In this document: one piece after another, positions 1 to 12,602 of the stretch
Layout of the letters: each line of letters opens with the position of its first letter
How positions within the stretch are numbered: position 1 is the first letter of the stretch
Assembly: GCA_951406725.2 (NCBI GenBank)
Contig: OX597815.1
Coordinates: 77,190,001-77,254,000, forward strand
Reading direction: 5' to 3'
From: Octopus vulgaris
Taxonomy: Eukaryota
DNA length: 64,000 nt
Notes under the pieces: model-generated
What the model saw: only the letters and a program-made list of their open reading frames with translations
Database searches by the model: none
Told to the model about the DNA's origin: nothing
Program-made: the position numbers and the translations under genes

Positions 1-34
1 GTTTTTCTGTAAATTTCAACTATGTGTGTGTGTG

Positions 35-77
<43 letters not shown>

Positions 78-251
78 TATGTGTATACTTTTACAAGGAA
101 ACGTTGACTATGACTTCGAAGTTTTGGCTTGGTCACCATCATCAAAGTATGACAACTGATAAAAGTATTGAGTTCTCTACTAGAAACTATTGAGTAATTC
201 TTCAGTTTAAAGTTAAATTGTTTTTATATATAACATGACTTTAAAACAAAC

Positions 252-288
<37 letters not shown>

Positions 289-1801
289 TAGATGTTATGT
301 ATAACTTCATATCTTTCTTGTCTTTGCTACCAGGAGTATTTTGAACTATGCCTTGTCCCTTACCTTTTGCATAGAGGCAATTTCCTCAGTTTAGCAGCGT
401 TGAACTGCTTTGATCTCTGCTGTCAGTTTTAGTGTACACAGCGACCATAATTGAAAACAATAATCTAGATCACTTAGAACATCCACCACACGACTAATAT
501 GGTTTCTTGTTCTACGTTTTAAATCATCCTAGAAACCATCCCGCCATCTACACCGTTTTCAGGCAAGAGTAGGATAATTACCTGACGACCACGTGGGTCA
601 ATAGTTTGCTGTCAATTAATAAATAGAATAGGTACCATTCAATCACTTTGCTCGAGGATGGGGATATAATGCTGTTAATACAGTTCCACCCACTAGTCGT
701 CTGCACGTTGTTACCATCTGGAAAATTCTCACATGCAACTATACATCATTACTCCCCTTGATCCCTAGGTCACACACTGATTGTGATTCAAGGACTGCAG
801 TCTCTCCTGGCTGCGGATATTAGTAGCAATGCGTTAGAGGGCTGATAGTGACATTTTTTGTAATTTTCCGTACTGTTTTCTTCAAATCACTTGCATATTG
901 TTTGAGCCCTTTCGTTAAGTAGAACATAATGAATTTTAAGGTGTATTAGGCCATAAATTTATGAAAGCACTTAATGATGCAAATCTCGGGATTAAAGTAG
1001 TTGAGAAAGAAGGAAACCCATCAGATCACAATAAGACATACTCTGTCGATAGGACCACCATATTAATAGATCAAACCTAAAACTAGGAATATGATATATA
1101 AGATAAAATGCATAGCGGGTGAATGTTGGAACTCTATCACATCTTGCAAAGGGAAACCGCGCACAATTTGGCTGAAAAGATGGAGGTCACTGGCAAAAAT
1201 ATAGAGATAGAAAACCCACATTAGTCTCTACCAATATGACGACACACTGAATAATATAATAGTCATAATTATATCGACATATCTATATGACGATACATGA
1301 CGACAGATACATGAAGCTATACATATAAGAAATCGTTAGCCAATACTTAACGTAAAATGCAAAATATCAATGAGCTCCACCACTACCACCACCACTAATA
1401 CTCGAACATAATCCTGCAGCATCACCACTCTATCACAGCTATATGAAGACGCGTGTGTGTCAGGTACACATGACTCCCTGTGCCATGGATGCATGCGAGT
1501 AAGCATATGAATCCAAATATGATATTGATAGACATGGTGCCAATCAGGTACCATACTAGAAGTGGTTAAACATTCTCTTCTCCCCCACTTCCTAGCCTTG
1601 TACCTATGTTGGCATGATTCGTATAACCTAAGGCATATTAGAAATGTATTTATAAATAGTAGATTATGTATTCGTGAGCGTAATACATATTTAGAAGAAT
1701 TAGCAATGATCACACTACCACTATCTGACACAGATACATATGCCCTGGCATCACTATATCGTTGGGTGGATACATGTGAGTCTTAGCAGGTGTGCGTATG
1801 A

Positions 1802-1886
<85 letters not shown>

Positions 1887-2114
1887 CATACAACCAGCCA
1901 ACCATGGAAATAGAAATACAATGTGTCCAAAAGAAAAGGGCGAAGGACCATCATATACGCACACTTATATACGCATAACCTTAAATTTTATAAAAAGAAG
2001 TAACAGAGACTTAAAAACAACGAGACAGACGTGGAGGAACAAAGGAATATCACTGATAGGTTAGGATGGCCATGGAAGGACTGATAGTCCAACTAGATTT
2101 TGATTGATTGATTG

Positions 2115-2192
<78 letters not shown>

Positions 2193-2349
2193 ACAAACGA
2201 TTATTAAGCAATCAATTAGTTGCTTGGCTCATTAGTTATGTAGTGAAATAGAAACAGTGCATGTGTTACTTATTGGCAAAATGCCTCCGCCCCAACAAAA
2301 TATAGAATATCAGTTTCAACACGATCTTATTAGCAGACTGGGATGCTCT

Positions 2350-3520
2350 CAATCATGATCTTTCACAAGTTGATTGGGCCTTCACGCACGCATACACCCC
2401 TTCTAATATAAACACATCATGGCAGACATTTGTAGGTACTGTGACAAATATATGCGCAAAACATACTCCATTAAGATCAGTATACAAATCTAAGTGCAGA
2501 ACCCCTAGAAATAGAAGAACAATTATCAGAAAAATAAAAGAATTAACAAGAAAATCAACCAACTGAAATACTGCCATCAGCAACGCACCCATTCGACTGC
2601 CATTGCATCACTCGAATCGAAAAAACCACGACCTCCAAAAAAGCCTGATGACCATCATTAACAGTCAAAGAGCAGCTGAATAGAGTTGGACCATTGAGAA
2701 AATAAAACTTAATCCCAAAATGTTCTTACAATTTTCAAAACAACATAAAGACGCTGTTTCCACTTTTGGTCCACTGGTTGACGAGAACAACACTCTACAT
2801 GATGATGCAAAATCCATGTACGAGATACTGCAGAGACTATACTGTTCTGTCTTCAGTAACGATAATGCGTTTGATCTGGTTAGTATCAGTGATGTAAACC
2901 CTAAACTAACCATATCTGACATAACTTTTGGTGCTCCTGATATCCTAACAGAAATAGATAAGATGAAGCACAACTCGGCAGTAAGTCCCGATAAGTTCCC
3001 GGTCACTGTCCTGAAGATATGTCGACATCAAATTACACCCCCTCTAGCTGAGCTCTGGAGAAACTCACTTGATGCATGCTACATTCCTGATCATTTTTTT
3101 TCCCAGTCTGTCGTTCCAGTCTTCAAAAAGGGAAACAAATCTCTTGCAGTGAACTACCGTCCGATTTCACTCATTTCTCATATCACTAAAGTATTTGAGA
3201 GGGTGGTGAGATCGCGAATAACTCACTTTCTCGAAGACAACAATCTGATGAACACCAACCAGCATTGTTTCCGTGAGCTTCTGCACCATTTTGATGACAT
3301 CTTAAAAGCTTTGGGAGAAGGCTCCAACACTGACGTCATATACCTTGATTTCAGCAAGGCATTTGACAGAGGGGACCAGAAAATCCTGCTGAGGAAACTG
3401 TCCAACATTGGAGCCCGTGCAAAGTTGCTGCAGTAGATAAAGTGTTTCCTGACGAACAGAACCCAACATGTTGTGTTTGAGGGAATACGATCCAGCTTAG
3501 CCAAAGTCAGTAGTGGTGTC
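2350..3520 (+). mobile_element. CR1/Jockey-group LINE RT fragment, 3' part deleted
   Basis: ORF 2720-3436 has PVFKKG, NYRPISL and YLDFSKAFD motifs; the left boundary is approximate. Confidence 0.85.
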
Positions 3521-3915
3521 TGCATGTGTATAAGAATTTATATGTACATATGTATTTGTGTTTGTATATGTATGTGTGTATGTATGTATGTATGTATGTA
3601 TGTATGTATGTATGTATGTATGTATGTATGTATGTATGTATTTAACCTTGTTCTCAGGGAGATTTGGCATGACGTAGAATGTAACAAGGTTGGCCCTTTG
3701 AAATGCAGGTACGACTCATTTTGTCAGGTGATTGGACTAGAACAACGTAAAAAAGTGTTTTACTCAATGATACAACGCGCCGCTGGGGATCGAAATCACG
3801 ACTTTATGATCATGAGCCGAATACCCTAATCATTATACCATACCCTTTCATTATACATGTATACGTACATATATATTCATATATATGTATGTATGTGTTG
3901 TTGTTGTTGTTGTTT

Positions 3916-3953
<38 letters not shown>

Positions 3954-5415
3954 ATTACGCATATTCCCAGCATTAACAAGGTATTAAACATACTTAGAAT
4001 ATCGCTTACTTTTCTATTCCAATCTTTTTGCTGATAGTTATATTTCTGATTTTATCGAATGTTTCAAATATAATGCGAATACATATCTAAACCTTACTTT
4101 TCTCAGATTTTTATGATGTGTGAAGCTTTTGAAACTGTTTTAATGATGATTTATTGTTTGTGGCTCTAGGAAATACTATCCTTTTTGTTTTTACTGTAGA
4201 CATTTTCTTGCAATTTCAAATTGCTAGGCAACACTTACAACTGAATTAACCCTCACACAAATCCGTTATATTCAGCCAGAGCTCTGGAGTTGACTATTTC
4301 TTGTTCTGGAATTTGATACGCTGATGAAAAGAAATGCCTGCTTAGCCGAACCCCTGAGTATGCTATAGGGAGCTGATAATGAGAAGAACACGGGTTGCTC
4401 TGTTCAACTCCAGCAACTCTTACGGACTGTGGCACTTGTTGAGACAAAAGAAAAAGGTATTGTAAAATGAAGGTTCTTGAACTGAAATGGCATAACTGAT
4501 GGGTTGAAGGGAATACGTGGACTGAAAGTATCTTTTGTCTTGCATCATTATATACTTTCAAATTATGTAACAGTATATTGGCTGCTCCTACTTTCAGCTG
4601 GAGACAGTTTGGAAAAGAGTTGAAAAATTTTGTTGCATCATTAACGTCAACTATGGTATGAACTGACTTGTACTGTCTGGATTAGGTTGGTATCTGTTAA
4701 ATGATAGTAGTATTAATATCCTGCACAATATCATCCTTGGAATCTACTATTGTTTGAATGTATTTGCATCCTCTATACGTTGATTTCTTAAACAGAGCAT
4801 CCCTGCTGATGAGCTCTAGTGTTCAAGACAGAACACACACACTCACACATGCATGGTTTGGAAGACAAGAGGAAAGAAACGGGTATGTCTCAATTGCTTA
4901 GGTAGACGGATGAATATGCAGTCACTTAGTCAAGAATAGAAACAGATGTAGTAACAAGAAAAATAGAGGAAAATGAGAAGAAACAGTATATCTGTTTGCA
5001 AAATGTAGATGTTTTGTTGTACAAGAATAACTGCTGTTGCCGAAATAGTATCGCGCCACCGCCACACAAGGTCACCTGATTTCCATACAGCTCTTTCTTT
5101 CTTTATATTCTTATTGAATCCAGCTCATCAGCCATCATCTAAGCTCTGCAACAATCCCTTCCAAACAAAGTCAACCCTCTGGAATTCTGCCCTTGTTCAT
5201 ATTTTTCCTGTTACCATCAACTGGAATATTTTTTTAACGTTGATCGCGTTCATCTCACCGATCCAGGAGAACCTGCGAAGGCCAGGGAAACTGCACTTCC
5301 CTTCAGACTAAAGTATTTAAATAAAAACACCATATCGGTGTATATAACATATCAATGTGTGTGTGCGTGTGTGTGTGTATGTGTGTCTGTGTGTGTGTGT
5401 GTTTGTGTGTGTATA

Positions 5416-5447
<32 letters not shown>

Positions 5448-5643
5448 CGTGTGTGTGTGTATGCGTGTGTGTGTGTGTGCGTGTGTGTGTGTGTGTGTGT
5501 AGTCTCACATGACAACCTTTTCGGAGATGAGAACAGAATCGATGTTTTGGACGTTCTCTTCTCAGTAAGACATGTCATTTAGCTTATCCGCCTCCATAAC
5601 AACTGCTTAAAAAAGAATCCTAACTAAAACACAAATCTTTATA

Positions 5644-6038
5644 TCTTTATATATAAAAGTGAGGTTGTGTGCTGTCTGTCTCCTACGATTTAGATTCCTA
5701 ACTACTCCCACATTTTGCGGTGCAGTTTAACCAAAACCGGGTATCTTATAGTCGTGTTTCATATCGAGCCCTTCTGGGTATTAGCGCGCGTCTACGATGA
5801 GTCTACGATTTTAAAAAAATTTACCATTAATTTTTCCCATTTTTAATGCATTTTTGGCATATATAAGGGAAGTAACTCTCTAAAAATGTATTATTAAATC
5901 TCAGAACGTAAAAAGCTACAGTAACACCCCACCTTTGTGGTTAGCCATATTGAGATGGCTATTATACTTTACATCTCTAAAAATGCTTATATAGTTATTT
6001 CCCTTACAAACCCGAGCAACGCCGGGCGATACTGCTAG
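5644..6038 (+). mobile_element. Non-autonomous Helitron-like element (B copy 46346-46740)
   Basis: A|TC 5' end, subterminal GC-rich hairpin cccgagcaacgccggg, CTAG|T 3' end. Confidence 0.7.
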
Positions 6039-6162
6039 TAAGATATAAATGTTAAACAATTATCCTTTCCACGAAAAAGTCAAAACAGCGCTTATATTTG
6101 CAATGTAATACAAAGTTTTCACAGTAACCAGATAGTATTTTTTCTTTATTTCCTAATTTTAG

Positions 6163-6344
6163 TCGGCGTTTCCGATAAAGAGAAAGACTACATGATAAAT
6201 ATGCTTAACAACTTTGTAATCGGTCGAAGCGGAGATAAGTATTCTATGACCCATAGCTGTGAAGATCCACAACTAACAAAGACCTACATTTACGATCTTG
6301 ACGAGCCACTGGAATCGACTGATATTTTTGGTCGAAAATTTAAG
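6163..6344 (+). CDS. FABP/iLBP-like gene copy A, exon 2 (182 nt)
   Basis: ttttag|TC...TTTAAG|gtaata; phase 1 to phase 0; (V)GVSDKEKDY...ESTDIFGRKFK ends like the FABP 'DGRK.K' exon 2. Confidence 0.85.
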
Positions 6345-6431
6345 GTAATATATTTTATATTGTATTTTCTTGAATTATGTTGCTGTCGTCATCGTAGCTG
6401 TAGGAATATGGCTACTCTCTAATACATGTAT

Positions 6432-6472
<41 letters not shown>

Positions 6473-6533
6473 CTATCTCTCCCCTTGCTAATCTTTATTT
6501 TTTTCATTTTTTCTTCATTTGTTTTTGCACCAG

Positions 6534-6644
6534 AGCATTTTCAAATTGTTTAATCCTAACTATCTGACTGAAACCTGCACTGAATGGACTGATGGTGTTA
6601 TTGAGTGTACGTACGAAATAACAGGTGGTGATACCATGACGTGG
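6534..6644 (+). CDS. FABP/iLBP-like gene copy A, exon 3 (111 nt)
   Basis: Polypyrimidine tract, accag|AGC...TGG|gtgagt; SIFKLFNPNYLTETCTEWTDGVIECTYEITGGDTMTW. Confidence 0.85.
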
Positions 6645-6814
6645 GTGAGTATACTATTACTATTATGAAAGTAACTGCAGCCGAACCTACTAGAGATGTG
6701 CACAGGGCGACGAAACTGTTCTGCAAACAATCGCCCAGTGTCTAAAAATTACTGACTTACGTAATCCCATTACGTATAAACTCTAAATTTATCGAGGCCA
6801 AGTTTGCTTTTCAA

Positions 6815-7180
6815 ATTTAATAATAATAATGAAATTATTGTATACAGTGCTCAGGTGCAACACAACTTGTCAAAAGTGTGTATAAAGCATATGTAGTAAT
6901 GTACAAATGTCTGGAAAGTGAACAGTGTATGAGTCAGATACACGCTTGCGTGTGTATGGAAGAGAGAAAATCAGGTGTAGTGTTGGCGAATCTCAGGAAG
7001 CATGGAAGTTTTGAAGGATGCAGTGCTCCGACAACTAACAACTGATGCCGGCAGTTTGTTCCATGCTTCAGCAACTCTTAGCGTGAAAAAAATGTTTCCG
7101 AAAGTTATGAAAGCTGTGCTGTTTTCTGACTTTGTAAACATGTCCACGAGTGTTAGACAGGTGGACTTTGAAAAGGTGCT
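6815..7180 (-). mobile_element. CR1-like LINE 3' end (B copy ~47525-47890)
   Basis: Minus frame reads FTLRVAEAWNKLPASVV...FK, a CR1-type ORF2 C-terminus, followed by an (ATT)n-like tail. Confidence 0.65.
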
Positions 7181-7221
7181 CTAAATAAAATACCAGTTAG
7201 GTACACCCTATGTTAGAAATT

Positions 7222-7258
7222 ATTATCATAATTATTATCATCATCATCACCATCATCC

Positions 7259-7308
<50 letters not shown>

Positions 7309-7317
7309 GTCATCATT

Positions 7318-7392
<75 letters not shown>
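7222..7392. repeat. Compound (ATC)n/(ATT)n microsatellite (B copy ~47930-48160)
   Basis: Read directly; it produces the poly-M/I/N artefact ORFs. Confidence 0.95.
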
Positions 7393-7414
<22 letters not shown>

Positions 7415-7503
7415 GGCAGTGAGCTGGCAGAATCGTTAGCACTTAATCCCTTCCCCCAAATTTGAAGCCTTCTGCTTCCAGCAGAAAGAATTATTGTCAT
7501 TAT

Positions 7504-7536
<33 letters not shown>

Positions 7537-9375
7537 TACTACTACTACTACTATTCAACATTTGGAAATTTCAGGCAAATTTCTACTGCATCACCTGCTA
7601 CACCTCGTGTTGCTGGGATGTTTGCAGCATTGTGTGTTCATTTTTGTTGTTGGGAGTCTGCAAACTCTTCCCAGTATTGTATTGTGTCAGTTTTTTTATG
7701 GGCTGTGCTGCAGTCTTTTAATTATTATTATTATTATATGAAAACACAAAACTTATTTTGATGAGTATGATGGAAAGTGTCAGCTGTCCACATCCAGCAG
7801 ACTAAGGTGACATTTGTTTATTTGTCATGCTTCAAGAACCCCGCGAAGAATTCTTGTAGTTCCAAGCAATGCTGAATTTTGTAAGTGTTCTACCTTTACA
7901 CTTGCACCAATCTTTTTCAACCATGTTGGTAGTTGAGTGCTGATACTTCCAAGTGCACCACTTACTATTTGTATCACGTCTACTCTCTTCATTGACCACA
8001 ACTTTCATATTTCCCACTTTAAATCGTCATAGTTATTTATTTTTACTTCTTTCACATTGATCGTGGTAAGTAATTCTAAACTGATGAATACAGTCTTTCA
8101 ACAATACTTTATCAATCTGTTTGGCGAGAAATGAGCTTTAAAGCCTAATACATTGGCTTTTCACGAATATATGGGGTGGTACTAAACACCCATATTACTA
8201 TATTAAGGTAAGTGACAGACATAGGGAAGCTACTTAGAGACAAATTACTAAACTGTATGATCTTCTCTGTTCTAGTACGCCATATCTGTTCACCCCTGTT
8301 AAGGTTGATGTGTACCATTGTACCACTGCGGGGAACAGATTGAGAACATTCCTATTATGTGAGCCGAGTTATAGATAGATTTGGGGTGATATAATGAATA
8401 TTTTTCATGCTTAATAACTGATAAATGCAGAGCTGAAGGTTTGGTCAATATGCCATTAGTAGTATTCGAGCTTGCAGAAACCTTGCCAAAATAATCCCCT
8501 CTTCAGATCATACATCATAGAACAATGTGGTAGCAGATCTAGTGCTCGTAAGCCTACGGTCAATCTAGATCAGTCGTAAGCGTAAGACGTTTTTGATCAT
8601 TGGTTCCTTGCAGGTATCTTAAAAGAAACTATTGCTTAAATGTTATAATGGGGATGACAAATAATTGGGTAAGATGCTAACACTTAACTACTTTATTTTG
8701 CCCTATTAAATATTTGAATAGTTTGGAATCCATTCTTCCTTTCGTTCCTTATGTTACCTTTCGTCAAAAAGTTAATATATTACTAGGGTCCGTTTTTAGA
8801 GATCTCAGAATGCTGTGACTTAAAAATCACGGGCATGACTCAAGACTTTTGACTCAGGACCCTTCGCAGTATTTAAGTACATTGTTTTAGAATTTGAGTT
8901 AGATTTTGACTTTCAACTTGCATCGGTCAATAAGAACCAATCTAGTATCGTAAGCAATATGTTTTGGGGGCCGTATCTACGTGACAAGAAATTTGCTTCC
9001 CAATCACATGGTTCTGGGTTCAGTCCCACTGTGTGCCACTATTGGCATGTGCTTTCTATAATAGCTCCGGGCCAGCCAAAGCCTTGTGAGTCATCGTTGC
9101 CTTCTTTCCTGCCTGCCAGAGCTACAAATATCCGATTCAACAGAACATCGTACGTCTTCTTTCATTGTAGTTATGGTCAATACCATCATTAGCATAGTTT
9201 ATCGGGTTTTATATAGATACTGCCCGTTATCTAAATACACACAGTGTAGAATTCAGGTGCGCTTCGTTATTTAACAATGCTCAGATCGAGTCTTCAATAG
9301 AAATAACTAAATTGATGTGTACGCATATGTAAATACATTCCAGTTGTATATTTATTAATATCTCTACGGTTAATA

Positions 9376-9562
9376 AGGCGTAGAGCTGGTAGAATCGTTA
9401 GCATAGCGGGCAAAATACTTAGCGGTATTTCGTCCGAGTTCTAAATTCAAATTCCGCCGAGGTCGACGTTGTCTTTCATCTTTTCGGGGTCCATAAAATA
9501 AGTACCAGTCAAGTACTAGGGTCGGTGTAATCGATTTACCCCCGAAATTGCTGGCCTTGTGC
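9376..9562 (+). mobile_element. tRNA-derived SINE (B copy ~50102-50288)
   Basis: A-box-like gagctggtagaatcgtta, B-box-like ttcaaattcc, and a core aataagtaccag shared with other SINE copies. Confidence 0.65.
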
Positions 9563-9672
9563 TGTCTCTACTTTTAATGTATGTTTCAGTTCGGTTTTTT
9601 CATTGATTATTTTCTACAATATCATACAAAATGTTACCACTTACTAATTGACATATTATTACTCCATTTTAG

Positions 9673-9729
9673 AAAGTGAACTATAAAGGACATACCAGCA
9701 CCACAATCTTGAAAAAAGTTGCTTCCTAG
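9673..9729 (+). CDS. FABP/iLBP-like gene copy A, exon 4 (KVNYKGHTSTTILKKVAS*)
   Basis: cattttag|AAA, phase 0, 18 codons plus TAG; AATAAA at 9783-9788; size matches FABP exon 4. Confidence 0.75.
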   Translation, partial: KVNYKGHTSTTILKKVAS

Positions 9730-10300
9730 ACATCAACTAAGAACAGCTACAATTCTTTCCTTCAAAATCAAACAGAAATTGAAATAAATATTTCTTGAAA
9801 CACAAGCACTTTTTTCTCTTTTCTTGAGCTGTTTGTTTTTGCTTAATTGCTTTTGTTTAGCATGGAAACCGATTTGACAGAAATGATACCTTGTTGTGTT
9901 AAATACATTACTTACGCGTTCCTGAGTTCAAATCTTACACATTTATTTGCCTCCGATTCAATAGATAATAGATTCTTCCTTAAAAACTGAGATTTATCAG
10001 AACACAATACTAAAACAACCTGTAATGATGTGTTGTGGTAGAGACTCTGGTAAAACAACTTGCATGACTTTTTTCAATTTTAGGTCGAAGATAATTAATT
10101 TCACATAACATTCCTATTGCTTTAAGAAAAGTATTGACATCACATAATCCGGTTAAACGTAACATGAAATAGTAGTTGGGTAAGATTAGGATTCCCCAAG
10201 GACATCAATTGCATATGTAAAATGAAATAGTTTTAAATGGAATCGAAATTGATTCGCTGATTCGTTGATCAGGCGGCTTTAATTAGACATTTATTATTAA

Positions 10301-11989
10301 CTAGACTACCCGTGACCCGTTGGGTCACTGACGGTTCAGGTTATAAAACACTGAAGCTGATTTCAACATTGCATTGAAATGAAAGTTGATTTTATGGTGA
10401 TTCAGTTAAATATTTCAATTCGCTCGTGTCATCATAGGTCTGGTTTACAAGTTCATGTTTAAGGTCTTATTGATTATTTACAGCATCTAATAGAAATAGC
10501 ACTTTCGCGATAGACTTGAACTCCATTAACAGCGTTTCTTTATGGTATGTGTACAAACTTAAAAATGCAAAAGGAATTGTTATATACGTAAACGCAAAAT
10601 TAATGGAAACAGTTTTCCCATTTCAGGGTTATGTTACTTTCGGAGTATTTTCCTATTAGGCACCGTTTTGGTTATTTATGAAGGTACTCCCCACCAAAAG
10701 AAAACGCATATCTCGGGAATCTACAGTCCCATGTCTTATTCCGTTTGTATTCACATTTCAAGGGTACTTTACTTTCAAAATATTTTCCCATTATGCGCCG
10801 GATTGGCTGTATTAAACTACAGACAAGCACGCACGCAAGCAAGCACACAAACAAAACTAGCATAACTACACATAAATCTCGTTTGTTGAGTTTTGGTTTC
10901 ACACCCAGCCCAGTTCTGCGCAATCAGTGTCGCGATAGGAACGCATGGGTTGGGAGTTTGACTGGCAGAGGTGATCAAGTTGCACATGCCAGCCCTTTTG
11001 ACACCAACTCCCCTCACCTAACACCCTCGTCCTATGAGTGAATAGCAATGATGAGAAGAAACGTGCTGATTCCGCCGAAAACGCAGAGCAATTAGAGCAC
11101 AAAAAACAGCATTCAAAGTGATTTTATGAATATGACGCATTGAAGCAAGTTACGCAGTAAGGTCAATAGTTATAAGTTCATGAGACATAGAAGCACGTAA
11201 GACATCAAGGTTAACTAAGGTATAAATAATAGGTATGCTTTTTCGCGGAAGGCTAATTGGGTTCCCGACACTGAAACGGAGTCGGTTAGGTTCGGAACAC
11301 AACTAAGCATTCAACTAAAACCTAGACTAACCTTACGGAAAGGGGCTCGGGAGCCTCTAATATGCAGCTTCTTATCCCGATCTATCACTAACCCATCCTA
11401 GGGCTTCTAAATGATATGGCTGTAGAGTAAATTGGCTGTCGATATGTGCATGGCGAGTTTGTTTCGAAGGAGGACGACTGCATTGGATTAAGGACCATTG
11501 AAAAATGTAGCTTTGGAGATCCTAACTCGATAATTATTCTCTGCATTTCTCAAATCAAAAAAGCTTGCACGTTTCAAAGCCAAAACACATGATAACGCCT
11601 CTTCGCAAAACACAAAAATGCGCTGAGACATTCAGACTATCTGCAAATACGCACGCGCATTCAACTGTCAAGGGTAAAATTATCTCCGTCCAATCAAAAA
11701 ACAGCTGGCAGTCTATTGGTATATCTAGTTGTACGCACGCACCGCATACACATTTCTATGTTTTAGAGATTTTGAATGGATATGCCCATAACTTATGGGC
11801 ATATGGGTTCGGTTTATCGATTTTTTGAATGGCTTTCTGGGGTGACTGGAGAAATGAAAAGATCTTTATGACCACCCTCAGACGGTTTTGAAAGCCCATG
11901 GAAAATGCGAGCCTTTTACGTGAAAAACTGTGGATTTGTATAAAGGACACACAGATACACAGAAATTTTGCCGTTTATAGATATAGAGA
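10301..11989 (-). mobile_element. Non-autonomous Helitron-like element (B copy 51027-52716)
   Basis: On the minus strand: TCTCTATATCTAT 5' end, hairpin gtgaccc-aac-gggtcac, and CTAG|T 3' end. Confidence 0.7.
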
Positions 11990-11995
11990 AATATA

Positions 11996-12063
<68 letters not shown>

Positions 12064-12068
<5 letters not shown>

Positions 12069-12545
12069 AAACAAGTCAAAAATAGAAAATGCTAAAATAA
12101 TTTTATAGTGAACATTTCAGTACCGGTTTCGGTCATTTTGAGACCTTTTCAACTGTAACGATTAAATAATTAAATTTAGAAAAATTAGAAGAAAAGTTTT
12201 TTAAAAGAATATTTCTATAGTAGTGTTCAGATTTAAGTGGCATTCTGCCTTTCTCTGACTCCCTTGTTTGCACTTGTGTGTCGGAGGTCGTTGTGAGTTC
12301 TTGGAAGGGTAGTAGAGGAAGAAGGCTGGTGGGGAAAGGGGGATGGGAGAATCTGGGAGTGCCCTGATGGTCGTATTTTGAATGGTCAGTGGCGGCTGGC
12401 AGTCTCAGTTCAATTCAGGAGAATATTTATATTGACAGGCTTGTTTATAGAATTAGCGTAGGTGTTACCCCTTAACTTTGTCACTAATGTTTTTTAGTAT
12501 AACACCATTATTTTAGCATTTTCTATTTTTGACTTGTTTTTTCAT
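12064..12545 (-). mobile_element. Short PLE-derived insertion with ~38-bp inverted ends and a hammerhead; A-specific
   Basis: 12064-12101 is the reverse complement of 12508-12545; lies in (TA)n; absent at B ~52735-52772. Confidence 0.75.
12118..12155 (-). ncRNA. Minimal type I hammerhead motif, U3-A8 variant
   Basis: Minus strand: cag UUGAAAA GGUC-ucaaaau-GACC GAAA CCGG UA cug. Confidence 0.75.
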
Positions 12546-12602
12546 ATATATCAACTCGTGTGTTCCTTTTCACCCTTATACATATATATATATGTATAAG
12601 GG

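Noticed and set aside
560-1260. Possible LINE RNase H remnant on the minus strand (PVTSIFSAKLCAV)
   Set aside because: A single weak motif in heavily decayed sequence; cannot be supported without a profile search.
1336-1786. ORFs conserved between 1336 and 39196 (also 10668-11102 and 51394-51828)
   Set aside because: Conservation reflects the recent duplication only; no recognisable domain or splice structure.
4804-4830. CTGATGA at 4806 (also 4321 and 8081)
   Set aside because: No stem II, GAAA, NUH and stem I arrangement follows; the 4806 match is the tail of a SINE-like repeat.
9119-9169. Alternative last exon candidate (SYKYPIQQNIVRLLSL*)
   Set aside because: Weaker resemblance to the FABP terminal strands and no nearby polyA signal; 9673-9729 fits better.
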